Source: Candidatus Latescibacterota bacterium (GTDB taxonomy: Bacteria; Latescibacterota; UBA2968; GCA-2709665). From it: a stretch of DNA of 64,000 bases. Made by a program: the position numbers and the translations under genes. Below the pieces are notes generated by a model, which was given only the letters and a program-made list of their open reading frames with translations, did not search any database and had not been told where the DNA came from. Position 1 is the first letter of the stretch. The number at the start of each line of letters is the position of its first letter. The stretch spans positions 2,112,001 through 2,176,000 of the forward strand of contig OZ252100.1 of the NCBI GenBank assembly GCA_965248435.1, written 5' to 3'. Below, piece by piece: positions 56,866 through 64,000 of this stretch.

Positions 56866-56896
56866 CGAGATACGAGATACCAGATACGAGATACGT
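56866..56896. repeat. CGAGATA heptamer tandem (same unit as the MITE ends)
   Basis: CGAGATA CGAGATA CCAGATA CGAGATA CG. Confidence 0.6.
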
Positions 56897-56902
56897 TCAT
56901 TT

Positions 56903-59900
56903 TCAATCTGCCGGCTCCGGACTTCTTTGTGAAATCGCCCGACCCCAAGTGAACGCGCCTGACACGATCCGCTTCATAGCGACTCGCAGGTCGTCCAGGT
57001 AGGTGTAGAATAGAGGAACAACGAACAACGTCAGGAACGTCGCGCAGAGCAGGCCTCCCATCATCGCCCTGCCCATCGAGGAGTAGGGCACGCCCATCAG
57101 CGTGTTTGAGGCGAGCGACACCGGCACCAGCCCGAACACGGTCGTGAAGGTCGTCATCAGGATCGGACGAAACCGGTTGTTCCCTGCCACCAGGATCGCC
57201 TCCGTTCGGTCCTTGCCCTCGGTCCTTAGCCTGTTGACCACATCTACGAGCACGATCGCGTTGTTCACCACCACGCCGATCAGCACGATGATCCCCACCT
57301 GCGCCATCTGGTCCATCACCGTATCGGTCAGGTAGAGCGTCCAGTAGACGCCCATGAAGGCGAACGGGATGCAAAAGAGGACTGAAAACGGGAGAAGGAA
57401 CGACTCGAACAGCACGCCCATCAACAGGTAGACGCAGGTGATCGCAAGGATCACCGCGAAGGTCATCGTCTGCTCGGTCTCCTTGAAATTCGAATACCGT
57501 TCCCCCTTGTTCCAGGAGTAACCCGTCGGCATCCTGAAGCCGACCATCGCCCTGTCCACCTCCTCATAGAGACCTTTCAAATCCTCTTTGGTCGTTTGGA
57601 TTTCAACTTGCAGTTGGATCTTTCCGTCATACCGCCAGACGCGCATGTCACCCTTCTGCGCCCGGAACGAGGCGAACGCGGACAGGGGGATCTTCTCTCC
57701 CGATTTCGAACGGAAGGTGAAGTTCTTGAGCTGAAACAGAGTCTGTCGATCCAGTCTGTTGAGGTAGAGCCGAAGATCGGTCTCCCGCTCGTCAGAGCGA
57801 TACCGGGGCAGGTCCACGCCCCCAACCTGATAGGCGATGCTCCGTCCTACGGCGTCGGGTTGAATCCCATACTTGCTCATTCGTTCCCGATTCAGGAGCA
57901 CGAGGAGCTCGTTCTCGGATCGTTCGGTGTTGACCTGGACGCCGGTCACCGAAGGGATGCTCTTGACTCGAAACGCCACTTCCTCGGCAAGTCGTTGCAG
58001 CGTCTCAACATCGTTGCCCCTCAAGTTCACGTGGACGTACGGGGTGACTGGGAGCCTCGATTCCACGACGAAATGGTGACCCACGAACGCTGGCAGCGTT
58101 TCATTCAAATCCTCGATCACCGCCTCCCGATCCATCCGACGTTCTACCGGATGACCCAAGACGTTCCTGAGGCCCTTGTAGGCCTGGTACCACCACGCCC
58201 GATTATCCTCCTCTTCCAGGAAGATCCTGAAAAAAAGGCGGCTGCCCCCGGTAACTCGATACGAAAACCTCACGTTCCGAATGCCGTAGGCTTCCCGTTT
58301 GGTGTCCAGGAACGCCTCCATTTCAGCACCGATGTCGCTCAGCTCCTCCCCGTCCAGGAACCTGGGCGGGTAGCCTCTAATACGCACACTGTTCACCTCT
58401 CCCCGCAACGAATCCGACTTTTTTACCTTCTCCATCGGGTAGAGCATCGTGGCAAACAGGGCTACGGCGATCAGAACGGCATCACGTCTGTGGGTCATCG
58501 CCCAGGCAAGCGCACGATGATATCCCGTCCGGACCCATCGGATCGACTTCGGATCCGGCTTCACCTCCGACCCGCCGAACCGTTCGGCCGCCAGAGGGAT
58601 AAAGATCAGGGCGACGAACAGGGACCCAAGCAGGGCCGCGATAAAGGAGACTCCGATTTTGGTTAGGAAGAACGAGAGGTCCACATCTCCGCTCATCACC
58701 ATCAGGGGCAGAAAGACGACCACCGTCGTCAGCGTGGCCGTCGTGATCGCCAGCCCCACCTCGCCCGCCCCCCTAACCGACGCCTCGCGAGCGCCTGTGT
58801 CTTTAGACCGGATCCGGTAGATGTTCTCGACGATCACGATCGCGTTGTCCACGACCATACCCACGGCGATCATCAGCCCCATCATCGTCAGAAGGTTCAG
58901 GGACCAGTCGATAAAGTAGAGGACGGTCACGGCGATCATCACGCAGACCGGAATGGCCAGCGTGATCAGCGCCGTCATTCGCGCTGCCCGGAGAAAAAAG
59001 AGTAGGACCAGCGCCGCGAACAGGCCGCCCCAGAGCGCCGTATTCCTCAGATTTTCCATCGATTCCCGGATCTGCTTTCCCTGATTGTAGAGGATGTCCA
59101 GATGGACCCCTGTCTCGGCCTTGATCTCCTTCAGCTCCACCTCCACCCGGTCACACAATTCCGCGATATTGGCCCCGGGCGTGCGAAACACACCCAAAGA
59201 CACAAAGGGTCGGCCGTCGATCCGATACGTCAAGTACCGTCGCGGCAAATCATAAAACACATCCGCGACCTCCTTGATTCGCACGATGCCGTTCTGCGTG
59301 TGGATGGGAATCTCCTCGATCTCCCCCAGGCTTGTGTAGCGGGCTACGGACCTCACGTAGAATCTCTTCCCGCCTTCGAAAACTGTGCCCCCGGACATGT
59401 CGAAGTTGTCGTCCCTGAGTGTCCTTGCGAGCTCATAGGCGCTCACGCCCCGTGCCCGGAGCCGCTCCTGGTCGACGGAGATGGCGACGAGCATCGGGGA
59501 TGCACCCCAGATCGTTATCCGGCCCACGCCGTCGAGCCGCTCCAGCCTCGGCTGAATGCGGGACTGGATGAAGTAATACGGGTCTTCGATCTGCGGAGGC
59601 AGACCTACGCCGACCCAGAGGATCTCCTGGTCTGTATCCGGGTTGTATTTGTAGATGCGGAACCTGGCCTGCGCCTCCTCCGGAATCGCGACCTTCAGCC
59701 TTTCCAACCGGTCAGTGACTCGATTGTAGACCTCCGTCATATCCGCGTCTTTTTTGAACATCAGGTAGACCGAGAGGTGTGACTTTCGACTGCCCACCGT
59801 CAACGAATGGAGGTCCTTCAGGGTGCGAAAGTGCTCCATAACGGGTCGGCCGATCTGTTCATCCCTTTCCCGCGCCGAAGAGTTCGGGAGGGTATCGATC

Positions 59901-60061
59901 CGCATAGAGATCCCGGGCCAATCGCGCCCCGAGGGAAAGGCCTGTATCCGGATCCGGGCGTAGGAAACCAGACCGACGGCCAGTATAGCCACGAGGCACA
60001 TCGTCACCGTCACGGGGCGCGTCACGGAGATGCGAGGCAACAATGAGGACTTCTCATCCAT
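56903..60061 (-). CDS. RND permease paralog 5
   Basis: Same motifs; ATG 60061 overlaps the upstream gene end; ends PEPAD. Confidence 0.92.
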   Translation of the reverse strand: MDEKSSLLPRISVTRPVTVTMCLVAILAVGLVSYARIRIQAFPSGRDWPGISMRIDTLPNSSARERDEQIGRPVMEHFRTLKDLHSLTVGSRKSHLSVYLMFKKDADMTEVYNRVTDRLERLKVAIPEEAQARFRIYKYNPDTDQEILWVGVGLPPQIEDPYYFIQSRIQPRLERLDGVGRITIWGASPMLVAISVDQERLRARGVSAYELARTLRDDNFDMSGGTVFEGGKRFYVRSVARYTSLGEIEEIPIHTQNGIVRIKEVADVFYDLPRRYLTYRIDGRPFVSLGVFRTPGANIAELCDRVEVELKEIKAETGVHLDILYNQGKQIRESMENLRNTALWGGLFAALVLLFFLRAARMTALITLAIPVCVMIAVTVLYFIDWSLNLLTMMGLMIAVGMVVDNAIVIVENIYRIRSKDTGAREASVRGAGEVGLAITTATLTTVVVFLPLMVMSGDVDLSFFLTKIGVSFIAALLGSLFVALIFIPLAAERFGGSEVKPDPKSIRWVRTGYHRALAWAMTHRRDAVLIAVALFATMLYPMEKVKKSDSLRGEVNSVRIRGYPPRFLDGEELSDIGAEMEAFLDTKREAYGIRNVRFSYRVTGGSRLFFRIFLEEEDNRAWWYQAYKGLRNVLGHPVERRMDREAVIEDLNETLPAFVGHHFVVESRLPVTPYVHVNLRGNDVETLQRLAEEVAFRVKSIPSVTGVQVNTERSENELLVLLNRERMSKYGIQPDAVGRSIAYQVGGVDLPRYRSDERETDLRLYLNRLDRQTLFQLKNFTFRSKSGEKIPLSAFASFRAQKGDMRVWRYDGKIQLQVEIQTTKEDLKGLYEEVDRAMVGFRMPTGYSWNKGERYSNFKETEQTMTFAVILAITCVYLLMGVLFESFLLPFSVLFCIPFAFMGVYWTLYLTDTVMDQMAQVGIIVLIGVVVNNAIVLVDVVNRLRTEGKDRTEAILVAGNNRFRPILMTTFTTVFGLVPVSLASNTLMGVPYSSMGRAMMGGLLCATFLTLFVVPLFYTYLDDLRVAMKRIVSGAFTWGRAISQRSPEPAD

Positions 60062-60893
60062 CTTTTGTCTCGTCCAGACATTCGCGAACGAATTCCAGAT
60101 TCCGATAGCTGTTCGAATCCAGCTCGCTGAAATTCGGGTCGGTGATCTCGAACGCATCGGGGCTGAGCGCCAGGTGCGTCTCGATCACGACGAACCCGTC
60201 GTAGCCATCCCCCCGTAGCGCCCGGAATTGACCCGGCCAGTCCACCACCCCCTGCTCAGCCAGAGCCCACTGGCCGGCCGCGGGATCGTAATTCTTCACG
60301 TGCACGTGGGCGACCAGCTCCTTGAGGGTCTCGTACTCGTCCGGAAAAGGGATTTTCGATCCAGCGCGAGCGGAGTTTCCCGGGTCCCAGCAGAGCCCGA
60401 TCCGATCGGCGCCGACCTGGCGAATGATCTCCGCCGCCTCGAGACCCGTTGCGCCCCAGCAGGCCGCCTCGTTCTCCAGGATGGGGCGACAGCCCTCGCG
60501 CCTGATGATATCAACCATCTCACCTACGCGGTCGATCACCTCGGCGGGAACTTGCCCGGTGTCATCCCTATCGAAGGCGAAGCAGGAGACCAAGTCCGTC
60601 CCCCATCGCTTTGCCCACGCACAGGCGCGCTGCAGCCCCTCGGCGAATCCGGCTTCCACCGACGGGTCGTCCACTGGACGCTTGAAGAAGCCGGGTGAAA
60701 CCGCGGAAATCGCCAGCCCCGCGTCGCGCACCCGCCTGTAGAATGTCTCCAACTCATCGTCCGCCACGGCAGGGAACCGGCCCCCCGCCAGGGACCGCAC
60801 CTCGACGTGGGTCACATCCCACTCCGACGCCAGCGCGATCGCCCGTTCTGGACGCTTTCGGTCGATCTCATCGGTGAAAATCGAAATCTGCAT
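60054..60893 (-). CDS. Sugar-phosphate isomerase/epimerase (xylose isomerase-like TIM barrel)
   Basis: FTDEI, VEVR, LENE, WDPGN, HVHVK, IETH motifs. AAGGAG SD. Confidence 0.85.
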   Translation of the reverse strand: MQISIFTDEIDRKRPERAIALASEWDVTHVEVRSLAGGRFPAVADDELETFYRRVRDAGLAISAVSPGFFKRPVDDPSVEAGFAEGLQRACAWAKRWGTDLVSCFAFDRDDTGQVPAEVIDRVGEMVDIIRREGCRPILENEAACWGATGLEAAEIIRQVGADRIGLCWDPGNSARAGSKIPFPDEYETLKELVAHVHVKNYDPAAGQWALAEQGVVDWPGQFRALRGDGYDGFVVIETHLALSPDAFEITDPNFSELDSNSYRNLEFVRECLDETKDG

Positions 60894-60937
60894 ACATCGA
60901 TCTCCTTGTAGAGACGCCCCGGTAGGGCGTCTCCTAC

Positions 60938-63900
60938 TTAATCCGCCGGTTCTGGTCCCCTGAAGGAAATTGTTTTTGTTCGTAAGAAGGCCGAAGACAA
61001 GATCCTGCGTAGAGCGAACCGCAGGTCATCCAAATACGTGTAGAAGAGCGGCACCACGAACAGCGTTAATAGCGTCGCACACAGAAGCCCCCCCATCATC
61101 GCCCGCCCCATAGAGGAATAAGGCACACCCATCAGCGTCCCCGAAGCGGCAGACAGCGGCACCAACCCGAAGATCGTCGTGAACGTCGTCATCAGAATTG
61201 GCCGGAATCGGTTTGCGGCTGCCTCCATAATCGCCTCGGTCCGATCCTTCCCCTCCGCCCTCACCCGATTCACCATATCCACGAGCACGATCGCGTTGTT
61301 TACGACCACCCCGATCAGCACGATGATCCCCACCTGTGCCATCCGGTCCATCACCGTATCGGTCAGGTAGAGCGTCCAGTAGACTCCCAGAAAGGCGAAC
61401 GGGATACAGAACAGGACGGAAAACGGCAGGATTAAAGACTCGAACAGCACACCCATCAGCAGGAAGACGAACGTGATGGCCAGCATCACAGCAAAATGCA
61501 TCGTCTCTTCCGATTCCTTGAATTTCTCGAAACGCTCCCCCTTGTTCCATCTGTAGCCAGGCGGCATCTCAAACCCTGCCATCGCCCGATCGATCTGTCC
61601 ATACAGGCCGGCCAGATCATCCTTCCTGGCAAACACCAGGCATCCAAGGGCGAGCTTTGATTCTCTCCTCAATATCGTTTGCTGTCCCTCCTTCACCCGA
61701 AGGCTTGCGAAGGCAGAGAGCGGAATCTCCTCTCCAGATTCGGACCGGAAGGCCAGGCCTTTGAGATGCAGCAAGGACTGACGGTCCAGTCTGCTCAGGA
61801 GGATCCGCACATCTTTCTCCTTGCCTCCAGACACGTAGCTCGGCAGCGCCACCCCTGCAAGCTGATAGTAGATGCTCGTCGCCACCCGGTGAGGAGAAAT
61901 CCCAAACTGCTGCGCCGCCTCTCGATCGATCCTGACCTGGACCTCATCCTCCCCGCGGTCCCCCTCCGCGAAGATCCCGGTGACCGAGGGGATCTCCGTC
62001 AACCGCCGCACTACTTCGATCCTGAGTCTGTCCAGGACCTCGCGCTCGTCTCCTAACAGCTCGACGGCGACGTGCGGATCTCCGACCCTTCCTTGCTCGA
62101 CGAGAAGTTGATGTCCGACGAAGGTCGGAACCTTTGCTCGAATATCCTCGATGATCGCCTTTCGATCCATACGGTCGTCCAGAGGGTACCCAGCCCATTT
62201 CCTCAATCCCCTGTAGGCTTGATGCCACCAGGGCACGGCCCCTTCCTCTTCCAGGATGATTCTGAAGTGAATCCTCCACTTGCTCTGGGGAGAATAGTGG
62301 AACCGAATATTCCGAATCCCGTAGACATCACGCTTACTTTCCAGAAAACCCTCGACCTGAGACGCGATGCCCTCGAGCTCCGCCCAGCCGAGAAATTTAG
62401 GAGGACGGTAACTTACCCGAATCGTATTGACCGATCCCTTCAACGAGTCCGACCGCTTGACCTTTTCCATCGGGTAGAACATCGTCGCAGAGAGGGCCAG
62501 AACGATCAGCACGGCATCTTTCCGACGGCTCAGCGCCCAGGAGAGCCCCCTCAGATAGGCCCTTCGAGGCATGGCAATGTAGGCTGCGTCCGGCCTTACC
62601 CGACTTCCGCCGAACCGCTTCGAAGCAAGCGGGATGAAGAGCAATGCCACGAAAAGCGAGCCGATCAGCGCGAGAATGATCGGGACGCCGACTTTGGACA
62701 GAAAGAATGAGAGATCCACGTCACCACTCATTGCCATAAGCGGCAGGAAGACGACCACGGTCGTGAGCGTGGCCGTCGTGATTGCGAGAGAGACTTCGCT
62801 CGCCCCTTTTACGGACGCATCGTGCGCGTTCTCACCCTTTACGCGCATTCGATAAATGTTTTCCACGACCACGATCGCGTTGTCCACAACCATTCCGACA
62901 GCGACCATCAGACCCATCATCGTCAGAAGGTTGAGAGACCAGTCCGCAAAGTAGAGTACCGTCACCGCGATCATTATGCAGAGAGGAATGGCCAGTGTGA
63001 TCAACGCCGTCATCCGCATGGCGCGCAGAAAGACGAACAGGATAACAGCTGCGAAGATCGCGCCCCATAGCCCCGTGTTCCGAAGATTCTGCATCGATTC
63101 CCGGATCAGTCTTCCCTGGCTGAAAAACACCGCGAACTTAAATCCAGTCTCGGCCTCGATCCTCTCCAGTTCCGCCTCGACCCTGTCATTCAATGAAACG
63201 ATATCCGCTCCTGATTCCTTGTAGACCCCGATAGAGACGGTTGGACGACCATCCAGTCGATTGATTCGAAACCTGAGAGGTGCGTCCCGTGACACCGTGG
63301 CCACTTCCTTGAGTGGCACGCTGCCGTTCGGTGCGGGGATAGGCAGGTTTTCCAGCTCGTCCAGGCTTTCATAACGTGCAAGCGAGCGCACGAAGAACCG
63401 CTTTCCTCCTTCACGAACCGTGCCGCCCCCCATCGCAAAGTTGTCGCCCTGGAGGTTCCGCACGAGTTCGAAGGGATCTACGCCGCGTGTCCGGAGTCTC
63501 TCCTGATCCAGCTCGATCATCACGGCCTTTTCGGGCGCACCCCAGATCTCCACCTTGGCCACACCCCGGATCCTTTCCAGCCTGGGCTGCACCATCCTTT
63601 CCAGCTCGGAGCGCGCGTCCTTGATCTCTTCCGGCATGGCAATGCCTGCCCAGAGAATCTCATTGTCCGTTTCAGGATTGTACTTCCAGATCCAGAAGTT
63701 CCTCGTGTATTCCTCGGGAATGACCCGCTTCAGCCGCTCCACCCGGTCCATCAGCCGGTTGTAGATCTCGGACATATCCAGACCTTTACGGAAGACCAGC
63801 TTTGTATAGGTACCTTGCCGGTGACTCTTGATCTCGTAGTATACCAGCCCCTTGAGCGTTCGGAGATGCTCCACCATCGGCCGGGCAATGTCCGCATCCT

Positions 63901-64000
63901 TTTCGTGCGGCGTGGTGTTTGTGCGCGTGTAGGTCCCCAGGTAGAGACGTGGGGAATCCAGCCCGGTCGCAAACGCCTGGATCCGAATCCGCGAATAGGA
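60938..64000 (-). CDS. RND permease paralog 6, 5' end beyond the window
   Basis: The frame continues to the window edge (SYSRIRIQAFATG); ends PEPAD. Confidence 0.9.
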   Translation of the reverse strand, partial: SYSRIRIQAFATGLDSPRLYLGTYTRTNTTPHEKDADIARPMVEHLRTLKGLVYYEIKSHRQGTYTKLVFRKGLDMSEIYNRLMDRVERLKRVIPEEYTRNFWIWKYNPETDNEILWAGIAMPEEIKDARSELERMVQPRLERIRGVAKVEIWGAPEKAVMIELDQERLRTRGVDPFELVRNLQGDNFAMGGGTVREGGKRFFVRSLARYESLDELENLPIPAPNGSVPLKEVATVSRDAPLRFRINRLDGRPTVSIGVYKESGADIVSLNDRVEAELERIEAETGFKFAVFFSQGRLIRESMQNLRNTGLWGAIFAAVILFVFLRAMRMTALITLAIPLCIMIAVTVLYFADWSLNLLTMMGLMVAVGMVVDNAIVVVENIYRMRVKGENAHDASVKGASEVSLAITTATLTTVVVFLPLMAMSGDVDLSFFLSKVGVPIILALIGSLFVALLFIPLASKRFGGSRVRPDAAYIAMPRRAYLRGLSWALSRRKDAVLIVLALSATMFYPMEKVKRSDSLKGSVNTIRVSYRPPKFLGWAELEGIASQVEGFLESKRDVYGIRNIRFHYSPQSKWRIHFRIILEEEGAVPWWHQAYRGLRKWAGYPLDDRMDRKAIIEDIRAKVPTFVGHQLLVEQGRVGDPHVAVELLGDEREVLDRLRIEVVRRLTEIPSVTGIFAEGDRGEDEVQVRIDREAAQQFGISPHRVATSIYYQLAGVALPSYVSGGKEKDVRILLSRLDRQSLLHLKGLAFRSESGEEIPLSAFASLRVKEGQQTILRRESKLALGCLVFARKDDLAGLYGQIDRAMAGFEMPPGYRWNKGERFEKFKESEETMHFAVMLAITFVFLLMGVLFESLILPFSVLFCIPFAFLGVYWTLYLTDTVMDRMAQVGIIVLIGVVVNNAIVLVDMVNRVRAEGKDRTEAIMEAAANRFRPILMTTFTTIFGLVPLSAASGTLMGVPYSSMGRAMMGGLLCATLLTLFVVPLFYTYLDDLRFALRRILSSAFLRTKTISFRGPEPAD

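Noticed and set aside
42852-64000. Diversity-generating retroelement or shufflon acting on the RND array
   Set aside because: There is no reverse transcriptase, no adenine-specific TR/VR pair, and no invertase or inverted cassettes.

Overview
This is a GC-rich chromosomal window from a diderm-type bacterium (TolC, lipoproteins); the taxon cannot be assigned from sequence alone. The standout is at 475-4255 on the minus strand. An ECF sigma factor is followed 40 nt downstream by an intact ~1048-aa single-chain protein that is a miniaturised fusion of bacterial RNA polymerase beta and beta'. It keeps the catalytic DFDGD, the beta catalytic-cleft motifs, the sigma-binding clamp helices and the bridge helix. 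It appears to lack the flap, lobe, beta' Zn finger, jaw and trigger loop. Divergent from this pair is an ABC-F ATPase with a leader-peptide/terminator attenuator. The rest of the window holds a lysine-riboswitch dapA-pckG-dapB operon, a large M20-peptidase fusion broken by a 20-bp duplication, IS3 and IS30 elements, housekeeping and envelope genes (M16 pair, ispH, dut, hflX, M23-bactofilin, flgM-like), and many small repeats. An MFP-RND-TolC operon is preceded by a tandem array of at least six diversified RND permease paralogs. All family assignments come from motif recognition by eye, not database searches.
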